Origin: Naegleria gruberi
Taxonomy: Eukaryota
Reading direction: 5' to 3' (one strand)
DNA length: 64,000 bases
Assembly (NCBI GenBank): GCA_000004985.1
Contig: GG738893.1
Under the pieces are notes generated by a model. It did not search any database. It worked only from the letters and a program-made list of their open reading frames with translations, and was not told the DNA's origin. This document shows, one piece after another, positions 1-12,200 of this stretch. Each line of letters begins with the position of its first letter. The first letter of the stretch is position 1. Made by a program: the position numbers and the translations under genes.

Positions 1-450
1 AACCCAAACCCAAACCCAAACCCAAACCCAAACCCAAACCCAAACCCAAACCCAAACCCAAACCCAAAACCCAAACCCAAACCCAAACCCAAACCCAAAC
101 CCAAACCCAAACCCAAACCCAAACCCAAACCCAAACCCAAACCCAAACCCAAACCCAAACCCAACCCAAACCCAAACCCAAACCCAAACCCAAACCCAAA
201 CCCAAACCCAACCCAAACCCAAACCCAAACCCAAACCCAAACCCAAACCCAAACCCAAACCCAAACCCAAACCCAAACCCAAACCCAAACCCAAACCCAA
301 ACCCAAACCCAAACCCAAACCCAAACCCAAACCCAAACCCAAACCCAAACCCAAACCCAAACCCAAACCCAAACCCAAACCCAAACCCAAACCCAAACCC
401 AAACCCAAACCCAAACCCAAACCCAAACCCAAACCCAAACCCAAACCCAA
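1..450. repeat. Terminal telomeric repeat array, about 74 copies of AACCCA on the + strand (C-strand; G-strand unit TTTGGG/TGGGTT), with a few variant units (CCCAAAA near 61-70, CCCAA near 165 and 210)
   Basis: Seen directly: a perfect hexamer tandem array starts at base 1 and runs to about 450. The C-rich strand running 5'->3' into the chromosome is the orientation expected for a left chromosome end. Confidence 0.92.
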
Positions 451-451
451 C

Positions 452-469
452 TTTGAAATTTTCAACTTT
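452..469. repeat. Subtelomeric motif TTTGAAATTTTCAACTTT abutting the telomere array; a near-identical second copy lies at 1176-1194
   Basis: Two copies of an 18-19-mer (TTTGAAAT[A]TTTCAACTTT) about 700 bp apart, the first immediately after the last telomeric hexamer. It contains the palindromic core GAAATTTTC. Confidence 0.5.
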
Positions 470-800
470 GTCAACCCAAGGTAGGTTCAACCCATAGGGT
501 CACTTTAGGACTCAACTATCTCGGGAACGGCGAATTAAAAAAATTAGTATTTTCTATCATTTCTTTCAAAACTCATATAGATTGATATTTGAGTGAATCA
601 TAACCCGGAACGTTCTCGTCGCAGAGATAATAGATATACTAGGAATTTTTGAGTTGACCATTTTTGATTATCTCAATAACTACTGGGAGTTTTTTCACGT
701 GTATTACAGAATAGATAGATAAATGTATATAGTAATACATATATAAGAACTGGATAGCCAATATTAGCCGTTCGTTTTATGTGATTAGGTTTTCGCCATA

Positions 801-838
801 CCCAAACCCAAACCCAAACCTTCAAACCCTAGCCCAAA
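801..838. repeat. Interstitial degenerate telomere-like repeat (CCCAAA x3.5, then CCTTCAAACCCTAGCCCAAAAT)
   Basis: Seen directly about 350 bp internal to the terminal array, in the same orientation as the telomere. Confidence 0.65.
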
Positions 839-1492
839 ATTATAAACTTATTCAAATATCATTAAATTTTATATCATTCGATCGGAAATGATGAGTAGAA
901 CAACGTAGTATATTTAGTTTTTCAATTTATAAAATATTAACTTTGTAAATAATGTCAGATTAAAATTTGTAAAATGATACCATAGGAAGAAAGTTAATTT
1001 CAAAATCCTTTAATGAGATTATATAGTGTATATCACCATTAACAACATCTATAATCACTCTCATATCAAATTTCAATAGTTCATGTCTGTNNNNNNNNNN
1101 NNNNNNNNNNNNNNNNNNNNNNNNNNNNNNNNNNNNNNNNAGTTTTACAGACCGCTTCAAGATATCGACGTTTAATTTGAAATATTTCAACTTTCACCAC
1201 TATTTGTGTTAATTTAGATCTCAACTAACAAACATGAAGTTGCAAATGGGTGGATAAGATCCACCGGTTGTGTGTTAGATTGGAATCTTTTCAAAGTCCA
1301 TTGGTTTCTAGTCATTCAATTCAACCAACAATTAAAAAATGTGTCAACAACAACCTTCTCAATCTAATGATGCAAAATGGAAGACAATTATTGATGGACT
1401 AGTGAATGGAAGCTTAACGTATGTTATTGAAAAATTACAGTCAACTTATTAAATAATTAATTCACTTCATTAGATTTGAACAATTTATAGAA

Positions 1493-1828
1493 TTGACAGA
1501 ACATGTAAATAGTGCAGAGGAGAGGATGCTTCTCTTATTGGAAATTCTAAGAACATGTACAGATACTAACACGAAAGATGTTTCAAAGGATCAACAAGTT
1601 TATTCATCAATATCAACATGTTCGAAAAACGAACCTAATCTCCAATATTCTTCTGATAGATCTTCAGCAAGTGAAGGCATGACAATTCCATCTTCCAAAC
1701 GAAAACACATCTCTATATCATTTAATCGTGGAAAATTCAACATTGAAACTATTGATTCCATGAAGGATAGGTATAAAATCGTCAAGAGAAAGATTGGAAG
1801 ACCAAGAAAGAGACCTAAAAAGAAATAA
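1493..1828 (+). CDS. Small ORF ending in an AT-hook-like motif (KRKIGRPRKRPKKK). Possibly exon 2 of a gene whose 5' exon is the ATG-initiated ORF at 1339; the splice could not be resolved
   Basis: ORF track plus a GRP core flanked by basic residues at the C-terminus. There is no in-frame ATG at the ORF start (the track used TTG), and the upstream ATG ORF (MCQQQPSQSNDAKWK...) does not join cleanly. Confidence 0.2.
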   Translation: MTEHVNSAEERMLLLLEILRTCTDTNTKDVSKDQQVYSSISTCSKNEPNLQYSSDRSSASEGMTIPSSKRKHISISFNRGKFNIETIDSMKDRYKIVKRKIGRPRKRPKKK

Positions 1829-2007
1829 ACCAATACACTAACTGATACTTTCCTCATTCAACACACCAAAATTCTAATTAAAAAACGAAACTCCTTATTG
1901 ATGGTAGTTACTGTTGGAGATTGTGTTGTATTTGTGCTTGATAACATAATAACATCGTTCAGTAGGGAGGATGGGGTACACCAATAGTAAAATCAATCCA
2001 TAGTGGG

Positions 2008-5000
2008 NNNNNNNNNNNNNNNNNNNNNNNNNNNNNNNNNNNNNNNNNNNNNNNNNNNNNNNNNNNNNNNNNNNNNNNNNNNNNNNNNNNNNNNNNNNNN
2101 NNNNNNNNNNNNNNNNNNNNNNNNNNNNNNNNNNNNNNNNNNNNNNNNNNNNNNNNNNNNNNNNNNNNNNNNNNNNNNNNNNNNNNNNNNNNNNNNNNNN
2201 NNNNNNNNNNNNNNNNNNNNNNNNNNNNNNNNNNNNNNNNNNNNNNNNNNNNNNNNNNNNNNNNNNNNNNNNNNNNNNNNNNNNNNNNNNNNNNNNNNNN
2301 NNNNNNNNNNNNNNNNNNNNNNNNNNNNNNNNNNNNNNNNNNNNNNNNNNNNNNNNNNNNNNNNNNNNNNNNNNNNNNNNNNNNNNNNNNNNNNNNNNNN
2401 NNNNNNNNNNNNNNNNNNNNNNNNNNNNNNNNNNNNNNNNNNNNNNNNNNNNNNNNNNNNNNNNNNNNNNNNNNNNNNNNNNNNNNNNNNNNNNNNNNNN
2501 NNNNNNNNNNNNNNNNNNNNNNNNNNNNNNNNNNNNNNNNNNNNNNNNNNNNNNNNNNNNNNNNNNNNNNNNNNNNNNNNNNNNNNNNNNNNNNNNNNNN
2601 NNNNNNNNNNNNNNNNNNNNNNNNNNNNNNNNNNNNNNNNNNNNNNNNNNNNNNNNNNNNNNNNNNNNNNNNNNNNNNNNNNNNNNNNNNNNNNNNNNNN
2701 NNNNNNNNNNNNNNNNNNNNNNNNNNNNNNNNNNNNNNNNNNNNNNNNNNNNNNNNNNNNNNNNNNNNNNNNNNNNNNNNNNNNNNNNNNNNNNNNNNNN
2801 NNNNNNNNNNNNNNNNNNNNNNNNNNNNNNNNNNNNNNNNNNNNNNNNNNNNNNNNNNNNNNNNNNNNNNNNNNNNNNNNNNNNNNNNNNNNNNNNNNNN
2901 NNNNNNNNNNNNNNNNNNNNNNNNNNNNNNNNNNNNNNNNNNNNNNNNNNNNNNNNNNNNNNNNNNNNNNNNNNNNNNNNNNNNNNNNNNNNNNNNNNNN
3001 NNNNNNNNNNNNNNNNNNNNNNNNNNNNNNNNNNNNNNNNNNNNNNNNNNNNNNNNNNNNNNNNNNNNNNNNNNNNNNNNNNNNNNNNNNNNNNNNNNNN
3101 NNNNNNNNNNNNNNNNNNNNNNNNNNNNNNNNNNNNNNNNNNNNNNNNNNNNNNNNNNNNNNNNNNNNNNNNNNNNNNNNNNNNNNNNNNNNNNNNNNNN
3201 NNNNNNNNNNNNNNNNNNNNNNNNNNNNNNNNNNNNNNNNNNNNNNNNNNNNNNNNNNNNNNNNNNNNNNNNNNNNNNNNNNNNNNNNNNNNNNNNNNNN
3301 NNNNNNNNNNNNNNNNNNNNNNNNNNNNNNNNNNNNNNNNNNNNNNNNNNNNNNNNNNNNNNNNNNNNNNNNNNNNNNNNNNNNNNNNNNNNNNNNNNNN
3401 NNNNNNNNNNNNNNNNNNNNNNNNNNNNNNNNNNNNNNNNNNNNNNNNNNNNNNNNNNNNNNNNNNNNNNNNNNNNNNNNNNNNNNNNNNNNNNNNNNNN
3501 NNNNNNNNNNNNNNNNNNNNNNNNNNNNNNNNNNNNNNNNNNNNNNNNNNNNNNNNNNNNNNNNNNNNNNNNNNNNNNNNNNNNNNNNNNNNNNNNNNNN
3601 NNNNNNNNNNNNNNNNNNNNNNNNNNNNNNNNNNNNNNNNNNNNNNNNNNNNNNNNNNNNNNNNNNNNNNNNNNNNNNNNNNNNNNNNNNNNNNNNNNNN
3701 NNNNNNNNNNNNNNNNNNNNNNNNNNNNNNNNNNNNNNNNNNNNNNNNNNNNNNNNNNNNNNNNNNNNNNNNNNNNNNNNNNNNNNNNNNNNNNNNNNNN
3801 NNNNNNNNNNNNNNNNNNNNNNNNNNNNNNNNNNNNNNNNNNNNNNNNNNNNNNNNNNNNNNNNNNNNNNNNNNNNNNNNNNNNNNNNNNNNNNNNNNNN
3901 NNNNNNNNNNNNNNNNNNNNNNNNNNNNNNNNNNNNNNNNNNNNNNNNNNNNNNNNNNNNNNNNNNNNNNNNNNNNNNNNNNNNNNNNNNNNNNNNNNNN
4001 NNNNNNNNNNNNNNNNNNNNNNNNNNNNNNNNNNNNNNNNNNNNNNNNNNNNNNNNNNNNNNNNNNNNNNNNNNNNNNNNNNNNNNNNNNNNNNNNNNNN
4101 NNNNNNNNNNNNNNNNNNNNNNNNNNNNNNNNNNNNNNNNNNNNNNNNNNNNNNNNNNNNNNNNNNNNNNNNNNNNNNNNNNNNNNNNNNNNNNNNNNNN
4201 NNNNNNNNNNNNNNNNNNNNNNNNNNNNNNNNNNNNNNNNNNNNNNNNNNNNNNNNNNNNNNNNNNNNNNNNNNNNNNNNNNNNNNNNNNNNNNNNNNNN
4301 NNNNNNNNNNNNNNNNNNNNNNNNNNNNNNNNNNNNNNNNNNNNNNNNNNNNNNNNNNNNNNNNNNNNNNNNNNNNNNNNNNNNNNNNNNNNNNNNNNNN
4401 NNNNNNNNNNNNNNNNNNNNNNNNNNNNNNNNNNNNNNNNNNNNNNNNNNNNNNNNNNNNNNNNNNNNNNNNNNNNNNNNNNNNNNNNNNNNNNNNNNNN
4501 NNNNNNNNNNNNNNNNNNNNNNNNNNNNNNNNNNNNNNNNNNNNNNNNNNNNNNNNNNNNNNNNNNNNNNNNNNNNNNNNNNNNNNNNNNNNNNNNNNNN
4601 NNNNNNNNNNNNNNNNNNNNNNNNNNNNNNNNNNNNNNNNNNNNNNNNNNNNNNNNNNNNNNNNNNNNNNNNNNNNNNNNNNNNNNNNNNNNNNNNNNNN
4701 NNNNNNNNNNNNNNNNNNNNNNNNNNNNNNNNNNNNNNNNNNNNNNNNNNNNNNNNNNNNNNNNNNNNNNNNNNNNNNNNNNNNNNNNNNNNNNNNNNNN
4801 NNNNNNNNNNNNNNNNNNNNNNNNNNNNNNNNNNNNNNNNNNNNNNNNNNNNNNNNNNNNNNNNNNNNNNNNNNNNNNNNNNNNNNNNNNNNNNNNNNNN
4901 NNNNNNNNNNNNNNNNNNNNNNNNNNNNNNNNNNNNNNNNNNNNNNNNNNNNNNNNNNNNNNNNNNNNNNNNNNNNNNNNNNNNNNNNNNNNNNNNNNNN

Positions 5001-7109
5001 NNNNNNNNNNNNNNNNNNNNNNNNNNNNNNNNNNNNNNNNNNNNNNNNNNNNNNNNNNNNNNNNNNNNNNNNNNNNNNNNNNNNNNNNNNNNNNNNNNNN
5101 NNNNNNNNNNNNNNNNNNNNNNNNNNNNNNNNNNNNNNNNNNNNNNNNNNNNNNNNNNNNNNNNNNNNNNNNNNNNNNNNNNNNNNNNNNNNNNNNNNNN
5201 NNNNNNNNNNNNNNNNNNNNNNNNNNNNNNNNNNNNNNNNNNNNNNNNNNNNNNNNNNNNNNNNNNNNNNNNNNNNNNNNNNNNNNNNNNNNNNNNNNNN
5301 NNNNNNNNNNNNNNNNNNNNNNNNNNNNNNNNNNNNNNNNNNNNNNNNNNNNNNNNNNNNNNNNNNNNNNNNNNNNNNNNNNNNNNNNNNNNNNNNNNNN
5401 NNNNNNNNNNNNNNNNNNNNNNNNNNNNNNNNNNNNNNNNNNNNNNNNNNNNNNNNNNNNNNNNNNNNNNNNNNNNNNNNNNNNNNNNNNNNNNNNNNNN
5501 NNNNNNNNNNNNNNNNNNNNNNNNNNNNNNNNNNNNNNNNNNNNNNNNNNNNNNNNNNNNNNNNNNNNNNNNNNNNNNNNNNNNNNNNNNNNNNNNNNNN
5601 NNNNNNNNNNNNNNNNNNNNNNNNNNNNNNNNNNNNNNNNNNNNNNNNNNNNNNNNNNNNNNNNNNNNNNNNNNNNNNNNNNNNNNNNNNNNNNNNNNNN
5701 NNNNNNNNNNNNNNNNNNNNNNNNNNNNNNNNNNNNNNNNNNNNNNNNNNNNNNNNNNNNNNNNNNNNNNNNNNNNNNNNNNNNNNNNNNNNNNNNNNNN
5801 NNNNNNNNNNNNNNNNNNNNNNNNNNNNNNNNNNNNNNNNNNNNNNNNNNNNNNNNNNNNNNNNNNNNNNNNNNNNNNNNNNNNNNNNNNNNNNNNNNNN
5901 NNNNNNNNNNNNNNNNNNNNNNNNNNNNNNNNNNNNNNNNNNNNNNNNNNNNNNNNNNNNNNNNNNNNNNNNNNNNNNNNNNNNNNNNNNNNNNNNNNNN
6001 NNNNNNNNNNNNNNNNNNNNNNNNNNNNNNNNNNNNNNNNNNNNNNNNNNNNNNNNNNNNNNNNNNNNNNNNNNNNNNNNNNNNNNNNNNNNNNNNNNNN
6101 NNNNNNNNNNNNNNNNNNNNNNNNNNNNNNNNNNNNNNNNNNNNNNNNNNNNNNNNNNNNNNNNNNNNNNNNNNNNNNNNNNNNNNNNNNNNNNNNNNNN
6201 NNNNNNNNNNNNNNNNNNNNNNNNNNNNNNNNNNNNNNNNNNNNNNNNNNNNNNNNNNNNNNNNNNNNNNNNNNNNNNNNNNNNNNNNNNNNNNNNNNNN
6301 NNNNNNNNNNNNNNNNNNNNNNNNNNNNNNNNNNNNNNNNNNNNNNNNNNNNNNNNNNNNNNNNNNNNNNNNNNNNNNNNNNNNNNNNNNNNNNNNNNNN
6401 NNNNNNNNNNNNNNNNNNNNNNNNNNNNNNNNNNNNNNNNNNNNNNNNNNNNNNNNNNNNNNNNNNNNNNNNNNNNNNNNNNNNNNNNNNNNNNNNNNNN
6501 NNNNNNNNNNNNNNNNNNNNNNNNNNNNNNNNNNNNNNNNNNNNNNNNNNNNNNNNNNNNNNNNNNNNNNNNNNNNNNNNNNNNNNNNNNNNNNNNNNNN
6601 NNNNNNNNNNNNNNNNNNNNNNNNNNNNNNNNNNNNNNNNNNNNNNNNNNNNNNNNNNNNNNNNNNNNNNNNNNNNNNNNNNNNNNNNNNNNNNNNNNNN
6701 NNNNNNNNNNNNNNNNNNNNNNNNNNNNNNNNNNNNNNNNNNNNNNNNNNNNNNNNNNNNNNNNNNNNNNNNNNNNNNNNNNNNNNNNNNNNNNNNNNNN
6801 NNNNNNNNNNNNNNNNNNNNNNNNNNNNNNNNNNNNNNNNNNNNNNNNNNNNNNNNNNNNNNNNNNNNNNNNNNNNNNNNNNNNNNNNNNNNNNNNNNNN
6901 NNNNNNNNNNNNNNNNNNNNNNNNNNNNNNNNNNNNNNNNNNNNNNNNNNNNNNNNNNNNNNNNNNNNNNNNNNNNNNNNNNNNNNNNNNNNNNNNNNNN
7001 NNNNNNNNNNNNNNNNNNNNNNNNNNNNNNNNNNNNNNNNNNNNNNNNNNNNNNNNNNNNNNNNNNNNNNNNNNNNNNNNNNNNNNNNNNNNNNNNNNNN
7101 NNNNNNNNN
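2008..7109. other. Assembly gap (5102 N)
   Basis: Run of n characters. ORF-track 'proteins' made of X across it are artefacts. Confidence 1.
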
Positions 7110-8227
7110 GTACAAATGCTGGTTCTCTTACTTTAATTGATTCCAGTAATTCACTTGTTCAAGGTAATTGTGTCAATGGTATTGATGGAGCAAATGATAT
7201 TTTTGGTCAATTCGCCTCATGCAATGGAAAGCAATTTTTTGAAGCTGTCCAAACATCAATCAGTCAAATTATTAAGGAAAAGGCAACCAATGATCCTGGT
7301 TCCTTCTTTAATCCACCAGTTCCAGCACTTGGCACTGCACTTGATGGAAAATCATGTATGACTGTCAGAGATTTTGGTATTGTTGACATGGATCAATCAG
7401 ATAACGTTGTTACATCCTATATCATTAGTACAAACAAGACATTGGCAGGTAGAACTTGTCAAAATACTGCAGCTAATTTGAAAGCCCTTGGAGGAACTGC
7501 TCAAACCCAAACATTGGTAAATGGTTCTGATAATAGATTGTTAGCTGTTGCAATGGCACGTGCTCTAAATTGCACTCCATACATGGCCCCTGATTTGGCC
7601 AATAATGGTCAATTGACTCAGTCATTGGCATTGGACGAGATTCATGCTAAATTGAAACAAAAAGCACCGATTGCTCTTCTTCCAAAAGGAAATCCAATGG
7701 TAAGAAGCAATGATCAAGCAAACCTTGAAAAACTCAACTTGTACAGAGCTGCTGTTTTTCAACCACAAGTTTCCAGTGTTGCATTTGCTTCCACTCGTCT
7801 CTATTGTAAACATTACGCAGTTGTGGCACCTGCCAGAATATTCCTCGACAAGTCTATCACTTTGAAATATGCAAGTCCTGACACTGGAGTTGCCAATAAT
7901 TTATTCACATTCCTAGCTCAGAGATTTGTGAATAGTTGGGAAGGATTGAAATGTGGTTGCATTCTCGATATGCCTTGTCCAATTTCTATTGTTGTGGATA
8001 AGAATGGAGTAACTACAGATGCTAGTTTATCCACAATGATGGCTAGATCTGTAAATGTTGATTCTTTGATGGATCAAATGGTTTTGGAATTTGATGGCTA
8101 CATGGATGAAAACAATACATTGGATGTAAGAGCTCTAGTTAGTGAGTCAAATAGTGTTTTTACCAACAATGGTCCTGTGTATATTCTTCTTACCATTGTT
8201 GTGTCTATCATGTTCAATCTTTTGTAA
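7110..8227 (+). CDS. C-terminal portion (about 370 aa) of a large, probably extracellular Cys-containing protein with a C-terminal hydrophobic tail (GPVYILLTIVVSIMFNLL), GPI-anchor or TM-like. The 5' part is lost in the gap
   Basis: Long open frame emerging from the gap and ending at the TAA at 8225-8227. Composition is typical of a secreted or surface protein. No recognisable catalytic motif. Confidence 0.5.
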
Positions 8228-8324
8228 ATAAAATTCATTGTCAATACTTTCTCTCTTTTAAATAATTAAGAAATGGCTGTAAGGCCGAAATAATGATTAG
8301 TGTGACCAATTATCCTTAATAACT

Positions 8325-8397
8325 GCCCGTCTAGCTCATTCGGTAGAGCGCAAGGCTCTTAACCTTGTGGTCGTGGGTTCGACCCCCACGGTGGGCG
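8325..8397 (+). tRNA. tRNA-Lys, anticodon CTT (CUU), 73 nt
   Basis: GCCCGTCTAGCTCATTCGGTAGAGCGCAAGGCTCTTAACCTTGTGGTCGTGGGTTCGACCCCCACGGTGGGCG folds as a canonical cloverleaf. The acceptor stem is 7 bp with two G-T pairs. The anticodon stem is CAAGG/CCTTG with loop CTCTTAA. The T-arm is GTGGG-TTCGACC-CCCAC. It is near-identical to metazoan tRNA-Lys(CUU). A downstream T-run (TTTTTA, 8404-8409) serves as the Pol III terminator. Confidence 0.93.
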
Positions 8398-8425
8398 ATT
8401 CATGTTTTTATTTATTCATGGTTGA

Positions 8426-8472
8426 TGTTTATTGTTGGATCTTCAGTTTTCATTGAAGATTGACAATAAACA
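8426..8472. other. Perfect compound hairpin 28 nt downstream of the tRNA: stem TGTTTATTGT/ACAATAAACA (10 bp), internal bulge, stem TCTTCA/TGAAGA (6 bp), loop GTTTTCAT
   Basis: Seen directly. 16 of 16 stem positions pair. Function unknown; possibly a terminator-associated element, or an insertion footprint or target for tRNA-targeting retroelements. Confidence 0.6.
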
Positions 8473-9250
8473 GACGTAATTGGACTGGCTACAAGATGTG
8501 AAATAATTAGATTAATTAAAATACTTTTATCCCGAGATCTAGAACTTTGGAAACTTTTCGTCTACTTTCTCATTTTTATTGTGTTCACCTTCTTTTTTGC
8601 TAAATTCAGATTGCAAAAGTTTCAAAAATGGAATATTTACAAATGACCATCCAACAATATTTCTTCAAAATCTGAACTATTCCCACTCATTCTCTGCAAT
8701 TTCTTTCAAATATTTCATAAGGTATTGAATTCATCCTCATTGATTGACACACTGAATCAGAATGGTAAAATGAAAAGGCCTTTCGCCAAAGAAATCGACC
8801 TCCAACACTAAAAAGCACTTGAAAGCGACACAATGCAATAGTAATCCTTGCAATACGAAACCCCTAAGGTTCATTTCCCACAAGCACAACAAGGCAAATG
8901 AGAATAGTTTGCTTGGTGCTGTGTGTGAAAATCGTCATCCAAAAAAACCAAATAACACACCACTTTGCTTGAATATGAACACCCACTCAACAAACAATCA
9001 AAATTTTACACCAAATAATAGTGTAGTAGTAGTAGTTGAAGAAGATGATACTACTCACACCATTGTTGTTGATGGTTTGTGGTGTTTTTCTGTTAAAGGC
9101 AATGACCACCACGTTGCGATTCAAAAGGTAGAAAGTATAAAATTTGCTACACCAATGACAGAAAGCGATTTTGGCAACAAGTTTGATGGAGGTAATGAAC
9201 AATCGAGCGCCTCCAAGTATTGATACTGCGAGTAGATTATTGATGGACGA

Positions 9251-12200
9251 NNNNNNNNNNNNNNNNNNNNNNNNNNNNNNNNNNNNNNNNNNNNNNNNNN
9301 NNNNNNNNNNNNNNNNNNNNNNNNNNNNNNNNNNNNNNNNNNNNNNNNNNNNNNNNNNNNNNNNNNNNNNNNNNNNNNNNNNNNNNNNNNNNNNNNNNNN
9401 NNNNNNNNNNNNNNNNNNNNNNNNNNNNNNNNNNNNNNNNNNNNNNNNNNNNNNNNNNNNNNNNNNNNNNNNNNNNNNNNNNNNNNNNNNNNNNNNNNNN
9501 NNNNNNNNNNNNNNNNNNNNNNNNNNNNNNNNNNNNNNNNNNNNNNNNNNNNNNNNNNNNNNNNNNNNNNNNNNNNNNNNNNNNNNNNNNNNNNNNNNNN
9601 NNNNNNNNNNNNNNNNNNNNNNNNNNNNNNNNNNNNNNNNNNNNNNNNNNNNNNNNNNNNNNNNNNNNNNNNNNNNNNNNNNNNNNNNNNNNNNNNNNNN
9701 NNNNNNNNNNNNNNNNNNNNNNNNNNNNNNNNNNNNNNNNNNNNNNNNNNNNNNNNNNNNNNNNNNNNNNNNNNNNNNNNNNNNNNNNNNNNNNNNNNNN
9801 NNNNNNNNNNNNNNNNNNNNNNNNNNNNNNNNNNNNNNNNNNNNNNNNNNNNNNNNNNNNNNNNNNNNNNNNNNNNNNNNNNNNNNNNNNNNNNNNNNNN
9901 NNNNNNNNNNNNNNNNNNNNNNNNNNNNNNNNNNNNNNNNNNNNNNNNNNNNNNNNNNNNNNNNNNNNNNNNNNNNNNNNNNNNNNNNNNNNNNNNNNNN
10001 NNNNNNNNNNNNNNNNNNNNNNNNNNNNNNNNNNNNNNNNNNNNNNNNNNNNNNNNNNNNNNNNNNNNNNNNNNNNNNNNNNNNNNNNNNNNNNNNNNNN
10101 NNNNNNNNNNNNNNNNNNNNNNNNNNNNNNNNNNNNNNNNNNNNNNNNNNNNNNNNNNNNNNNNNNNNNNNNNNNNNNNNNNNNNNNNNNNNNNNNNNNN
10201 NNNNNNNNNNNNNNNNNNNNNNNNNNNNNNNNNNNNNNNNNNNNNNNNNNNNNNNNNNNNNNNNNNNNNNNNNNNNNNNNNNNNNNNNNNNNNNNNNNNN
10301 NNNNNNNNNNNNNNNNNNNNNNNNNNNNNNNNNNNNNNNNNNNNNNNNNNNNNNNNNNNNNNNNNNNNNNNNNNNNNNNNNNNNNNNNNNNNNNNNNNNN
10401 NNNNNNNNNNNNNNNNNNNNNNNNNNNNNNNNNNNNNNNNNNNNNNNNNNNNNNNNNNNNNNNNNNNNNNNNNNNNNNNNNNNNNNNNNNNNNNNNNNNN
10501 NNNNNNNNNNNNNNNNNNNNNNNNNNNNNNNNNNNNNNNNNNNNNNNNNNNNNNNNNNNNNNNNNNNNNNNNNNNNNNNNNNNNNNNNNNNNNNNNNNNN
10601 NNNNNNNNNNNNNNNNNNNNNNNNNNNNNNNNNNNNNNNNNNNNNNNNNNNNNNNNNNNNNNNNNNNNNNNNNNNNNNNNNNNNNNNNNNNNNNNNNNNN
10701 NNNNNNNNNNNNNNNNNNNNNNNNNNNNNNNNNNNNNNNNNNNNNNNNNNNNNNNNNNNNNNNNNNNNNNNNNNNNNNNNNNNNNNNNNNNNNNNNNNNN
10801 NNNNNNNNNNNNNNNNNNNNNNNNNNNNNNNNNNNNNNNNNNNNNNNNNNNNNNNNNNNNNNNNNNNNNNNNNNNNNNNNNNNNNNNNNNNNNNNNNNNN
10901 NNNNNNNNNNNNNNNNNNNNNNNNNNNNNNNNNNNNNNNNNNNNNNNNNNNNNNNNNNNNNNNNNNNNNNNNNNNNNNNNNNNNNNNNNNNNNNNNNNNN
11001 NNNNNNNNNNNNNNNNNNNNNNNNNNNNNNNNNNNNNNNNNNNNNNNNNNNNNNNNNNNNNNNNNNNNNNNNNNNNNNNNNNNNNNNNNNNNNNNNNNNN
11101 NNNNNNNNNNNNNNNNNNNNNNNNNNNNNNNNNNNNNNNNNNNNNNNNNNNNNNNNNNNNNNNNNNNNNNNNNNNNNNNNNNNNNNNNNNNNNNNNNNNN
11201 NNNNNNNNNNNNNNNNNNNNNNNNNNNNNNNNNNNNNNNNNNNNNNNNNNNNNNNNNNNNNNNNNNNNNNNNNNNNNNNNNNNNNNNNNNNNNNNNNNNN
11301 NNNNNNNNNNNNNNNNNNNNNNNNNNNNNNNNNNNNNNNNNNNNNNNNNNNNNNNNNNNNNNNNNNNNNNNNNNNNNNNNNNNNNNNNNNNNNNNNNNNN
11401 NNNNNNNNNNNNNNNNNNNNNNNNNNNNNNNNNNNNNNNNNNNNNNNNNNNNNNNNNNNNNNNNNNNNNNNNNNNNNNNNNNNNNNNNNNNNNNNNNNNN
11501 NNNNNNNNNNNNNNNNNNNNNNNNNNNNNNNNNNNNNNNNNNNNNNNNNNNNNNNNNNNNNNNNNNNNNNNNNNNNNNNNNNNNNNNNNNNNNNNNNNNN
11601 NNNNNNNNNNNNNNNNNNNNNNNNNNNNNNNNNNNNNNNNNNNNNNNNNNNNNNNNNNNNNNNNNNNNNNNNNNNNNNNNNNNNNNNNNNNNNNNNNNNN
11701 NNNNNNNNNNNNNNNNNNNNNNNNNNNNNNNNNNNNNNNNNNNNNNNNNNNNNNNNNNNNNNNNNNNNNNNNNNNNNNNNNNNNNNNNNNNNNNNNNNNN
11801 NNNNNNNNNNNNNNNNNNNNNNNNNNNNNNNNNNNNNNNNNNNNNNNNNNNNNNNNNNNNNNNNNNNNNNNNNNNNNNNNNNNNNNNNNNNNNNNNNNNN
11901 NNNNNNNNNNNNNNNNNNNNNNNNNNNNNNNNNNNNNNNNNNNNNNNNNNNNNNNNNNNNNNNNNNNNNNNNNNNNNNNNNNNNNNNNNNNNNNNNNNNN
12001 NNNNNNNNNNNNNNNNNNNNNNNNNNNNNNNNNNNNNNNNNNNNNNNNNNNNNNNNNNNNNNNNNNNNNNNNNNNNNNNNNNNNNNNNNNNNNNNNNNNN
12101 NNNNNNNNNNNNNNNNNNNNNNNNNNNNNNNNNNNNNNNNNNNNNNNNNNNNNNNNNNNNNNNNNNNNNNNNNNNNNNNNNNNNNNNNNNNNNNNNNNNN

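Noticed and set aside
1-450. Ciliate (Paramecium-like TTTGGG telomere) origin with a reassigned genetic code
   Set aside because: Long conserved genes (esterase, methyltransferase, RT, cyclase) are open in the standard code and terminate at TAA/TAG/TGA. The RWP-RK proteins and the Dictyostelium-like 5S point to Amoebozoa.
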